DNA of 64,000 bases, taken from the NCBI GenBank assembly GCA_046290465.1, contig JBKAGP010000001.1, forward strand, positions 800,001 to 864,000. Reading direction: 5' to 3'. The notes beneath the pieces are model-generated. The model was not told where the DNA came from and made no database searches. It saw only the letters and a list, made by a program, of their open reading frames with translations. Both the position numbers and the translations under genes were made by a program. Shown piece by piece: positions 1-9,186 of this stretch. This stretch comes from Planctomycetota bacterium (lineage in GTDB: Bacteria > Planctomycetota > UBA1135 > UBA2386). Each line of letters opens with the position of its first letter. Positions within the stretch are counted from its first letter, which is position 1.

Positions 1-2284
1 GACGACCCACGAGAAGGCCAAGGTGCTGATGGGCGACATGGACGAAGAACGGCCGGTGCTGATGCACAGCGACCCGCCGCAGGTGATGCGCAACGCGCTG
101 CTGCTCAACACGGGCATGGGCCGCTTCCAGGAGGCGGCCAGGCTCGCCGGGGTCTCGAGCACCGACTGGACCTGGTCGGTGCTGTTCGGCGACCTCGACA
201 ACGATGCGCGCGTCGACCTGTTCGCGACCAACGGCATCGCGCGCTTCGACACCGACCCGGACCTCAAGCTGCGCGTCGCGGAGCTGTGGGAACAGGGCCA
301 GCAGCAGGCCGCGATCCAGCTGATCCAGAACGTCGGCAAGGTGCCGGAGCAGAACCTCGCGCTGCGCAACGTCGGCGGCCGTGATGTGAAGTTCGAGAAG
401 ACCGGTGCGGACTGGGGCCTCGACCTCGAAGCGGTCTCGCACGGCGCCGTGCTCGCCGACTTCGACGGCGACGGCGACCTCGACGTGCTGGTCAACAACT
501 TCGAGTCGGAGTGCGCCCTCTACGAGAACCGCACCGGCGATGGCCGCGCGCTCGTGGTGCGGCTGCGCGGCCAGCACAGCGAACGGTTCGGCGTCGGCGC
601 CCGGGTCGTGGCGGAGCTGCCCGACGGCACCCGCCTGTTGCGCGAACTGTCGCTGTCGCGCGGCTACCTGTCGGGCCAGCCGGCCGAACTGCACTTCGGC
701 CTCGGCAGTGCGGCCTCGGCGGCGCTGTCGGTCTACTGGCCTTCGGGCCACGTCAGCCAGGTGCAGCAGGTCGACGCCGGCCAGCGGGTGACGATCACCG
801 AACCGGGCGAGGCGCCCCCGCCGGCGCGGGACGTCGAAGCCTCGATCCGGCCGCCGCGCTTCGTGCCGGCTCCGGCCCCGGCGTTCCGCCACCGCGAGAA
901 CGCGTTCGACGAATACGAAGCGCAGCCGCTGCTGCCGGCCCAGGTCTCGCGCCTCGGCCCGGCGCTGGCCGCGGCCGGCGAACTGGTCTACGTCGGCGGC
1001 GCCCGCGAGCAGGCCGGCGCGCTGTTCCGCCGCGACGGCGAACGCTGGCTGCGGATCGACGGTCCGTGGCAGCAGGACGCCACCAGCGAGGACGTCGGCG
1101 CCTGCTTCGTCGACCACGACGGCGACGGCGACCAGGATCTCGTCGTGACCAGCGGCGGCGCCGAGGTCGCGAGCGGCGACCGCACGCTGCGCGACCGTCT
1201 CTACCGCAACGACGGCGAGCACCGCTTCGCGCGCGTCGCCGACGCGCTGCCGGACGTGCGCGACTCGTCTGGCTGCGTCGTCGCCGCCGACTACGACGGC
1301 GACGGCGATCCGGACCTGTTCGTCGCCGGCCGGCTGGTGCCGGGCGCCTATCCCGACGCGCCGCCGAGCCGCCTCTACCGCAACGACGGCGGCCGCTTCG
1401 TCGAGGTCACCGCCGAGGTCGCGCCGGCGCTGCGCACGGCCGGCATGGTCACCGACGCGCGCTTCGCCGACCTCGACGGCGACGGCCGACTCGACCTGCT
1501 GCTGGCGGCGCGCTGGCAGCCGCTGCGGCTCTTGCGCGGCGACGGCCAACGCTTCGTCGACGCCACTGCGGCCGCCGGCCTGCAGGACCGACCGGGCTGG
1601 TGGCGTTCGCTGTGCGTGCTCGATGTCGACGGCGACGGCGACCTCGACGTCGTCGCCGGCAACCAGGGCTGGAACACCAAGTACAAGGCCAGCGCCAGCA
1701 AGCCGGCGCGGCTCTACTTCGGCGACTTCGACGACGACGGCCGCCGCGACCTGGTCGAGGCCAAGTACGAGGGCGACCGGCTGCTGCCGGTGCGCGGTCG
1801 CAGCTGCAGCAGCGGTGCGATGCCGATCCTGAAGGAGCGCTTCCCGACCTACGAGGGCTTCGCGAAGTCGCTGCTGAAGGACATCTACACCGAGGAGAAG
1901 CTCGACGCCTGCGGCGAGCTGGTCGCCACCGAGCTCGCCAGCTGCCTGCTGCGCAACCAGGGCGACGGCACCTTCGCGTTCGAGCCGCTGCCGCGGCTGG
2001 CGCAGATCGCGCCGATCCACGCGATGGTCGTCGTCGACGGGCTGCTGGTCTGCGCGCAGAACGACTTCAGCCCCGAGCCCGAGACCGGCCGGCACGACGG
2101 CGGCACCGGCCTCGTGCTCGAGGTGCGCGACGGCCGCCTGCGGGTGCTGCCCCCGCACGAGCACGGCATCTCGGCGTTCGGGGACCACCGCCAGCTGCGG
2201 CAGCTGCCGACGCCCGACGGGCCGCTGCTGCTGTTCGGGCGCAACGACGCCGCGGTGCACGCCTACCGACCGGCGAAACGCTGA
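1..2284 (+). CDS. FG-GAP/VCBS repeat protein with ASPIC/UnbV domain (CRTAC1-like), 5'-truncated by the window
   Basis: Many DxDGDGDxD Ca-binding FG-GAP motifs; ASPIC/UnbV-like segment (GVGARV...SRGYLSGQPAELHFGLG...VYWPSG); frame is open from position 2. Confidence 0.85.
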   Translation, partial: TTHEKAKVLMGDMDEERPVLMHSDPPQVMRNALLLNTGMGRFQEAARLAGVSSTDWTWSVLFGDLDNDARVDLFATNGIARFDTDPDLKLRVAELWEQGQQQAAIQLIQNVGKVPEQNLALRNVGGRDVKFEKTGADWGLDLEAVSHGAVLADFDGDGDLDVLVNNFESECALYENRTGDGRALVVRLRGQHSERFGVGARVVAELPDGTRLLRELSLSRGYLSGQPAELHFGLGSAASAALSVYWPSGHVSQVQQVDAGQRVTITEPGEAPPPARDVEASIRPPRFVPAPAPAFRHRENAFDEYEAQPLLPAQVSRLGPALAAAGELVYVGGAREQAGALFRRDGERWLRIDGPWQQDATSEDVGACFVDHDGDGDQDLVVTSGGAEVASGDRTLRDRLYRNDGEHRFARVADALPDVRDSSGCVVAADYDGDGDPDLFVAGRLVPGAYPDAPPSRLYRNDGGRFVEVTAEVAPALRTAGMVTDARFADLDGDGRLDLLLAARWQPLRLLRGDGQRFVDATAAAGLQDRPGWWRSLCVLDVDGDGDLDVVAGNQGWNTKYKASASKPARLYFGDFDDDGRRDLVEAKYEGDRLLPVRGRSCSSGAMPILKERFPTYEGFAKSLLKDIYTEEKLDACGELVATELASCLLRNQGDGTFAFEPLPRLAQIAPIHAMVVVDGLLVCAQNDFSPEPETGRHDGGTGLVLEVRDGRLRVLPPHEHGISAFGDHRQLRQLPTPDGPLLLFGRNDAAVHAYRPAKR

Positions 2285-2329
2285 GTCCAGCACCGCGTTA
2301 CCGGCGGCCGTTGGTGGGATACTGGCGGC

Positions 2330-3409
2330 GTGAGAAGGACCCTGCTCCCGTCCGCGGCCCTGGCACTCGCCGCCGCGATCCCCGCCCAGTCCACCCTGAC
2401 CGTCGGCCCGGCCGGGTTTCCGAGCGTGCAGGCCGCGATCGACGCAGCCTCGGCCGGCGACGAGATCGTCGTGCAGCCGGGCAGCTACGCCAGCTTCGCG
2501 ACGTCCAAGGGCGTCACCATCCGCGCCGAGGTGCCCGGCACCGTCGACATCGCCGGCGGCGGCTTCTTCGCGCTGATCGCCGCGCCGCCGAGCGAGCCGG
2601 TGCGCCTGCAGGGCCTGCGGCTCGGCAGCTACAACATGCTCAACGGCCGCATCACGATCGAGGACTGCACGTTCACGAGCCCCGGCATCGTGCTCGGCCT
2701 GACGTTCGCGACCGCGCACCTGGAGCGCGTCACGATCGAGGGCCAGCCGTTCCTGATCGGCGCCCAGGCGGCACTGGTCGTCAACGACTCGGTCGTGACG
2801 ATGAACGACTGCACGATCACGCCCGAGCCCGGCGGTCCCGGCTCGTCGGGCACCCCCGGCATCGACGTCAACAACGCGACGCTGCTGGCCAGCAACTCGA
2901 CGATCTCCGGCGCGCTCGGCCCGACCGCGCTGCCGGCGCTGCAGCTCGACGCGCTCAGCACGGCGCGGCTGACCGACTGCACGATCGTCGCCGGCGCCAA
3001 CAGCTGCGGCGTCGTCGGCGGCGACGTCGTCTGCTCGCGCTGCACGCTGCCGGCGTCGTGCGCGCTGCCCACCACCACGTTGCTCGGCGCCCGCGCCAAC
3101 GGCAACGTCGTGCGCGGCCAGACCTACAGCGTGACGTTCACGGGCGCGCCGAACGAGTTCCTGCTGGTGTTCGGCAGCAACGAGATCGACGCGACCGTCG
3201 CGGCGACGTTGCAGCAGCCGTTCCTGCTCGACGAGGTCGGCTGCTTCCCGGCGGCGGCGCTGCTGACCGACGCCAACGGCGCGGCGACGCTCGACGTGCC
3301 GGTGCCGAACATGCTGGTGCCGCCCGGCATCGGCGTCTACCTGCAGGGCGTCAGCGGCAGCGCGTTCCCGCTGCTGACGAGCCCGCTGGTCGGCGGCGTG
3401 ATCCTGTAA
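2330..3409 (+). CDS. secreted protein, putative right-handed beta-helix with C-terminal beta-rich domain
   Basis: Signal peptide ending IPAQ; 'FPSVQAAIDAASAGDEIVVQPGSY' pectin-lyase-like N-cap; paralog of 3443..4531. Confidence 0.7.
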   Translation: MRRTLLPSAALALAAAIPAQSTLTVGPAGFPSVQAAIDAASAGDEIVVQPGSYASFATSKGVTIRAEVPGTVDIAGGGFFALIAAPPSEPVRLQGLRLGSYNMLNGRITIEDCTFTSPGIVLGLTFATAHLERVTIEGQPFLIGAQAALVVNDSVVTMNDCTITPEPGGPGSSGTPGIDVNNATLLASNSTISGALGPTALPALQLDALSTARLTDCTIVAGANSCGVVGGDVVCSRCTLPASCALPTTTLLGARANGNVVRGQTYSVTFTGAPNEFLLVFGSNEIDATVAATLQQPFLLDEVGCFPAAALLTDANGAATLDVPVPNMLVPPGIGVYLQGVSGSAFPLLTSPLVGGVIL

Positions 3410-3442
3410 CCTGCCACCCGGTCCCCCTCGAGAACCGACGCC

Positions 3443-4531
3443 ATGCAACCGATCCTGATTGCCGCCTCCCTGCTCGCGCTCGCCGCGGCCGCATCGGCCC
3501 AGACCACCTGGCTGGTCGGCCCCAACGGCATCCCGGACCTCCAGAACGCGATCGACGGCGCCGCCGCCGGCGACGAACTGGTGCTGGAGCCCGGCACCTA
3601 CCCGCCGTTCAACCTCGACAAGGCGCTGACGATGCGGGCCGAGACGAACGGCACGGTGCAGATCACCAGCGGCGGCTTCGTGCTGCCCTTGGCGACCAAC
3701 ACGTCCGGTCGCACGCAGTTCGTCGGCCTCGACTTCCAGGAGCTGAACTGCTTCGGCGGCGACTTCTCGATCATCGACTGCACGTTCGCGTGGACCGGCA
3801 GCGTACTGTCGCTCGCCAACGGCACCGCGCACGTCGAGCGCACCACCGTACTCGGCCTGCCGTCGCTGCTCGGCAACGTCGGCCCGCTGTTCCTGAGCGG
3901 CGCCTATGTCACCATGGTCGACTGCGAGGTCGAGGGTTCGGCCCCCAGCCCGTTCGGCGTCAACGGCCCGGCCGTCGACCAGCAGGCCAACTCGACCCTG
4001 GTCGCCAGCGGCTGCACCTTCCGCGCCGGCACCGGCCCGGTCCTGCAACCGACGATCGTGTCGCAGAGCAACACCGTGGTGCGGATCAGCGACTCGACCT
4101 TCGCCCACGACGCGTCGGTCTGCACCGTGACCGGGCCGGCCGACGTCGTGCTCAGCCGCTGCGTCGTCCCGTCGAGCTGCCCCAACCAGGTCGTCGCCCC
4201 GCTGCTCGGCATCGGCGCGAACGGCGCGATCACGCGCGGGCAGGTGTGGTCGGCGACGTTCCGCGGCGAACCGAACGAGCCGCTGCTGGTGTTCGGCAGC
4301 GACGACCTCGACGGCGGCCCGGCGATCGAACTGGACGGGCCATTCCTGCTGGCGGCGGCCGGCTGCTTCCCGGCGGCCGCGATCCTGCTCGACGGCAACG
4401 GCGACGCGCAGCTCGACGTGCCGATCCCCGGGGTCGCGATCCCGGTCGGCCTCGCGGTGTTCGTGCAGGGGGTCAGCGGCAGTTCGTTCCCGCTGCGCAC
4501 GAGCCCGGTCGTCGGCGGCCTCGTGCGCTGA
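3443..4531 (+). CDS. secreted protein, putative beta-helix; tandem paralog of the previous gene
   Basis: Signal peptide ASAQ; 'DLQNAIDGAAAGDELVLEPGTY'; C-terminus closely similar to 2330..3409. Confidence 0.7.
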   Translation: MQPILIAASLLALAAAASAQTTWLVGPNGIPDLQNAIDGAAAGDELVLEPGTYPPFNLDKALTMRAETNGTVQITSGGFVLPLATNTSGRTQFVGLDFQELNCFGGDFSIIDCTFAWTGSVLSLANGTAHVERTTVLGLPSLLGNVGPLFLSGAYVTMVDCEVEGSAPSPFGVNGPAVDQQANSTLVASGCTFRAGTGPVLQPTIVSQSNTVVRISDSTFAHDASVCTVTGPADVVLSRCVVPSSCPNQVVAPLLGIGANGAITRGQVWSATFRGEPNEPLLVFGSDDLDGGPAIELDGPFLLAAAGCFPAAAILLDGNGDAQLDVPIPGVAIPVGLAVFVQGVSGSSFPLRTSPVVGGLVR

Positions 4532-4623
4532 GCGCCGGCCGCGATCGCACCGGCGCAAACCGGGTCCCGGACCCGGCATGTGCGCCGCGGCGCACGACGC
4601 GCTAAGCTCTGCGCTCGCGGACC

Positions 4624-7600
4624 ATGCTCAGCGCCCTACGCCACAAGCTCGCCGTCGCGACGACGGCCGTCGTCGCCCTCGTCACCGGCAGCGCGTTCGT
4701 CCCGGACGCGTCCCCCCAGGACCCCCAGCCGGTCGACTACCACAAGGAGATCGAGCCGCTGCTCGCCAAGTACTGCTTTCGCTGCCACGGCGACCGCAAG
4801 CAGAAGGGCGACATGCAGTTGAACGTGCTCGACCCCGAGATGAAGACGCCCGCCGACGGTGAGGGCTGGCACGCGGCGCTCGACGTCATCAACGCCGGCG
4901 AGATGCCGCCCGAGGACGAGGACCAGTTCTCCGCCGAGGAGCGCCGCAAGGTCGTCGCGTGGATGACCGACTCGCTGAAGCGCGCCGCCGACCGCCAGAA
5001 GGGCGAACGCACGGTGGTGCTGCGCCGGCTGACGCGCGAGCAGTACACCAACAGCCTGCAGGACCTGCTCGGCGTCTCGATCGACTTCGCGCAGACGCTG
5101 CCCGAGGACGGCAAGGCCAAGAACGGGTTCTCCAACAACGGCGAGGTCCTGCAGGCCTCGCAGCTGCACCTCGACAACTACCAGCAGATCGCGCGCCAGG
5201 GCCTCGCGCAGGCGATCGCGCGCGAGAAGCCCGAGGTCACCCACTACCGCGTCACGTTCGGCAAGGGCCGCGGTCGCGGCAAGGTCGCCGGCCGCACCGG
5301 CGGCTACCAGTCGGTCCCGCTCAATCCCGAGGACTTCACGGTCGAGATCCTGCGGGATGGCCGGCCGATCGAGGGCGGCAGCGACGCCGAGCAACAGCAG
5401 CGCGAACGGATCCAGAAGAAGATCAGCGTCGGCCTGCGCGGCTCCGGCCAGGACCGCTTCCGCGCCGTCGACGAGGGCATGATCCTGCTGTCGGCGCTGC
5501 CGCACCGCGAGAAGGTGCCGAAGTCGTGGCAGGGGCCGTCGCCCAACCTCAAGCTCGAGATGCAGCGCGTCTGGCCGGAGCAGGGTGACTTCGTGATGCG
5601 CGTCAAGGCATCGCGCGGCTACCTGCCGCCGCTGCGCAAGCAGCTGCTGGTCGCGGTCGACGACGACCTGCCGCAGGCGAGCTGGCAGCAGAACCGGCTG
5701 GTGACCGCCGACGGCGCCCAGGTGGTCGCAGCCGAGCAGACCGACCAGCACAAGAACCTGCGCAAGGACGGCGACTTCCTGCGGCCGGTCGACGTGCCCA
5801 AGGACAGCAAGGCGCGGATCCGCATCCAGCTGCCGCGCGACGGCTTCTACCAGGTCGACCTGGTGCACCCGCCGGTCAACCCCGACGCGATGCCGTCGGT
5901 GCGGCTCAAGGCGGCGCGCCACCATCTCGACCAGCGGCCCGAGCTGACCGAGGAGCAGCTGCAGCAGCCGCGCCTGACGACCGCGCTCGGCGTGATCGGC
6001 ATGCGCAAGGGCGGCCACCACATCGAGGTCGGCGGCAAGTTCTTCGTCGGCTTCTCGCACGTCGTGATCACGCCGCTCGACGCCTCGCACCCGCAGGTGC
6101 AGCGGCTGGCCCAGCAGGGCAAGGCGCAGGAGCAGAAGGTGCGCGAGCTGACCCCGTCGATCCGCACGCTGATCGGCACCCGCACCGACGACGGCATGGA
6201 CTACACGACGTTCGGCGAGGCCCAGGACGTCGACGCGCCGCTCGGCCGGGCACAGACCTACGAGTTCTTCGGCCGCCTCGAGAACCTGCCGATCCCGGAG
6301 CCCGAGTCCGGCGACAAGGAGGTGCTGTCCGGCTTCCTGCTGCTCGGGGTCTGGAACGACCACCTGGTCAAGTCGGCCCGCGAGACCGGCCCGCCGCTGC
6401 TGGTCGAGTCGATCGAGTTCGAGGCCCCCTACCTGCCGAGCTGGCCGCCGAAGTCGCACACCGACATCTTCTTCGACAGCGACACGCGCTCCGACGACGA
6501 GGCCTACACCCGCGAGGTGCTGCGCCGGTTCGTGTCGCGCGCGTTCCGTCGCCAGGCCAACGACGACGAGGTCGAACGCTACCTCGGCTTCTGGCGTCAG
6601 GTCCGCGGCGAACACGAGCGCTACGAGGACTCGGTCACCGAGGTGCTGGTCGCGATCCTGTGCTCGCCGGAGTTCCTGTACCTGTGCGAGCCGCTCGACG
6701 AGCTCGGCGACGGCGGCGCGCTGCCGGACTGGATGCTCGCCAACCGCCTCAGCTACTTCCTGTGGAACGGTCCGCCCGACGACGAGCTGCACCAGCTGGC
6801 CAGGGACGGCCGGCTGCGCGAACAGCTGCTGCCGCAGACCGAGCGCATGCTCGACGACCCACGCACCGACCGCTTCCTGCGACGGTTCGCCTACGAGTGG
6901 CTGCGCCTCGACCGCCACGACGGCATGACGATCAACGTCGACATGCACCCGGACTACACGCGCTTCGTCAAGCGCGACATGCGCGAGGAGACGTTCGCGT
7001 TCTTCGCCACGGTGTTCGGCGAGGACCTGCCGCTGTCGACGTTCGTCGCGGCCGACTTCGCGATGCTCAACCAGAACCTGGCCGAGTTCTACGGCGTCGA
7101 CGGCGTCTACGGCGCGCACTTCCGCAAGGTGCCGATCCCGGCGTCGATGCCCGAACGTCGCTGCGGCCTGCTGTCGCACGGCTCGTTCCACGTCGGCCAC
7201 TCGGACGGCAACGAACCGCACCCGATCAAGCGCGCGGTCTGGCTGAAGGCGCGCCTGCTCGGCGACGAGCCGCCGCCGCCGCCGCCGAACGTGCCGGACC
7301 TCGACCCCGAGACCCCGGGCTTCGACAAGATGACGTTGAAGCAGAAGATCGAATCGCACCGCGACAAGGACAGCTGCCGCGACTGCCACGCCGGCATCGA
7401 CCCGTACGGGTTCGTGTTCGAACGCATGAACGCGGTCGGCCGCTTCCAGGCGCGCCGCAAGGGCATCGACGTCGATGCGACCTCGACGCTCCCGGACGGC
7501 ACCGCCGTCGACGGCCTGCCGGGCATCCGCGCCTACCTGGTCGCCGATGCGAAGGACGCGTTCGCGCGCTCGGTGATCGAGCACCTGTTCGCCTACTCGC

Positions 7601-7731
7601 TCGGCCGCGAGGTCGGCTTCGCCGATGAGGAGGAGATCGACCGGCTGCTGTGGCAGGTCAAGGTGGGCGGATATCGCGCCCGATCGGTCCTCCGTAGTAT
7701 CGTGACCTCGCCTTCGTTCCTGTCGAAGTAG
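4624..7731 (+). CDS. planctomycete cytochrome c / DUF1587-DUF1595-DUF1592-DUF1588-DUF1585 domain protein
   Basis: CFRCH and CRDCH heme motifs; RRLTREQYTNS, LANRLSYFLWNGPPD, HPIKRAVW, PPPPPNVP; precedes DUF1552 gene as is typical. Confidence 0.9.
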   Translation: MLSALRHKLAVATTAVVALVTGSAFVPDASPQDPQPVDYHKEIEPLLAKYCFRCHGDRKQKGDMQLNVLDPEMKTPADGEGWHAALDVINAGEMPPEDEDQFSAEERRKVVAWMTDSLKRAADRQKGERTVVLRRLTREQYTNSLQDLLGVSIDFAQTLPEDGKAKNGFSNNGEVLQASQLHLDNYQQIARQGLAQAIAREKPEVTHYRVTFGKGRGRGKVAGRTGGYQSVPLNPEDFTVEILRDGRPIEGGSDAEQQQRERIQKKISVGLRGSGQDRFRAVDEGMILLSALPHREKVPKSWQGPSPNLKLEMQRVWPEQGDFVMRVKASRGYLPPLRKQLLVAVDDDLPQASWQQNRLVTADGAQVVAAEQTDQHKNLRKDGDFLRPVDVPKDSKARIRIQLPRDGFYQVDLVHPPVNPDAMPSVRLKAARHHLDQRPELTEEQLQQPRLTTALGVIGMRKGGHHIEVGGKFFVGFSHVVITPLDASHPQVQRLAQQGKAQEQKVRELTPSIRTLIGTRTDDGMDYTTFGEAQDVDAPLGRAQTYEFFGRLENLPIPEPESGDKEVLSGFLLLGVWNDHLVKSARETGPPLLVESIEFEAPYLPSWPPKSHTDIFFDSDTRSDDEAYTREVLRRFVSRAFRRQANDDEVERYLGFWRQVRGEHERYEDSVTEVLVAILCSPEFLYLCEPLDELGDGGALPDWMLANRLSYFLWNGPPDDELHQLARDGRLREQLLPQTERMLDDPRTDRFLRRFAYEWLRLDRHDGMTINVDMHPDYTRFVKRDMREETFAFFATVFGEDLPLSTFVAADFAMLNQNLAEFYGVDGVYGAHFRKVPIPASMPERRCGLLSHGSFHVGHSDGNEPHPIKRAVWLKARLLGDEPPPPPPNVPDLDPETPGFDKMTLKQKIESHRDKDSCRDCHAGIDPYGFVFERMNAVGRFQARRKGIDVDATSTLPDGTAVDGLPGIRAYLVADAKDAFARSVIEHLFAYSLGREVGFADEEEIDRLLWQVKVGGYRARSVLRSIVTSPSFLSK

Positions 7732-7752
7732 CAGGCCCCGCTCCCAGCCGTC

Positions 7753-9099
7753 ATGCGCAAGACCTGGCAACTCGATCGTCGCTCCTTCCTCCGCGGTACC
7801 GGAATCGCCGCTTCGCTGCCGCTGCTGGACGCGATGCAGCCGCTGCTCGGCGGTGGCGACCGCCCCGGCGAACCGGTCCGTCGGATGGTCTACGTCTACT
7901 TCCCGAACGGCGCCGCGATGCCGCAGGAGCACGACCAGAAGTGGGGCCAGTGGCGCTGGCTGCCGCACGACGAGGGCAAGGACTACCGGTTCACCAACGT
8001 GCTGAAGTGCCTGGAGCCCTACCGCAGCAAGATGACGCTGCTCGGCGGCCTCAGCCACCCGCTGTCGCGCAACCTGCTCGGCCACCTCGCCGGCGACACC
8101 TGGCTGACGGCCGGCGACCTGCGCGGCGACGTCTACAAGAACCGGATCTCGGTCGACCAGGTGGCGGCGCTGCAGCTCAAGAAGCACACCCGCTACCCCT
8201 CGCTGGTGCTCTCGACCGACGGCGGCGTCGGCTACAAGTCGCGCACGTCGACGCTCAGCTTCGACCACGCCGCGCGGCCGATCCCGTCCGAGCACAAGCA
8301 GCGGCTGATCTTCGAACGCTACTTCTCGCCCGGCGGCGGCGTGCCGACCGAGCAGCGCAAGAAGGCGCTACAGCAGGGCAAGAAGGTGGTCGACCTGATC
8401 CTCGAGGACAGCAAGCGCCTGCAGCAGCGCCTCGGCAGGAAGGACCAGGAGAAGCTCGACCAGTACCTGCAGTCGCTCGACGCGGTCGAGGAGCAGATCC
8501 GCCGCAACGAGGCCTGGCTCGACCGGCCGCTGCCGCAGTTCGACAGCAGCCACCTCGACCTCGACATCACGCCGGACGTCAACCCGGCCAAGTACCTGCG
8601 CTCGATGTACGACCTGATCGTGCTGGCGCTGCAGCTCGACCTGACCCGGGTGATCACCTACATGACCGGCCGCGAGGACGGCATGGGCTTCGCCGACTCG
8701 TTCCCGAATCGGGCGCTCGGCATCAAGCGCGGCCACCACACGATCAGCCACGACGGCCACGAAGGGCACTGGGAGCAGTGGGGTCGCTACGACCGCTGGC
8801 ACGCCGAGCAGTTCGCCTACTTCGTCGAGAAGCTCGACCAGACCAGGGACGAGCGCGGCTCCCTGCTCGACCAGACCCAGATCCTCTACGGCTCCTGCTG
8901 CAGCACGACGCACAACGCGCGCAACCTGCCGCTGGCGCTGGTCGGCGGCGAGAAGCTCGGACTGAAGCACGGCTGGTACCGGAAGTACGACGAGGCGACG
9001 CCGTTCAGCAACGTGTTCGTCGGCATGCTCAACGCGGTCGGGGTCGAGACCGAGGCGTTTGCGGATTCGACCGGCGGGATGCCCGAGATCTTCGGGTAG
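7753..9099 (+). CDS. DUF1552 (HXXSHH) domain protein, Tat-exported
   Basis: DRRSFLRG Tat motif, LPLLDAM, YFPNG, ISVDQVAA, HHTISH, HNARNLP. Confidence 0.9.
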   Translation: MRKTWQLDRRSFLRGTGIAASLPLLDAMQPLLGGGDRPGEPVRRMVYVYFPNGAAMPQEHDQKWGQWRWLPHDEGKDYRFTNVLKCLEPYRSKMTLLGGLSHPLSRNLLGHLAGDTWLTAGDLRGDVYKNRISVDQVAALQLKKHTRYPSLVLSTDGGVGYKSRTSTLSFDHAARPIPSEHKQRLIFERYFSPGGGVPTEQRKKALQQGKKVVDLILEDSKRLQQRLGRKDQEKLDQYLQSLDAVEEQIRRNEAWLDRPLPQFDSSHLDLDITPDVNPAKYLRSMYDLIVLALQLDLTRVITYMTGREDGMGFADSFPNRALGIKRGHHTISHDGHEGHWEQWGRYDRWHAEQFAYFVEKLDQTRDERGSLLDQTQILYGSCCSTTHNARNLPLALVGGEKLGLKHGWYRKYDEATPFSNVFVGMLNAVGVETEAFADSTGGMPEIFG

Positions 9100-9186
9100 G
9101 TCGGTCGCGCGAAACCGGGTTAGGAGCTTGTAACGTCGTCGCCACGACGTGGCCGCAGGCACGACCAACGAGACAATGCGGGTCGC

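Noticed and set aside
9120..9150. TAGGAGC followed by a hairpin, resembling the start of the 83-bp repeat
   Set aside because: Only 7 nt match and the hairpin sequence differs; cannot be supported as a fourth copy
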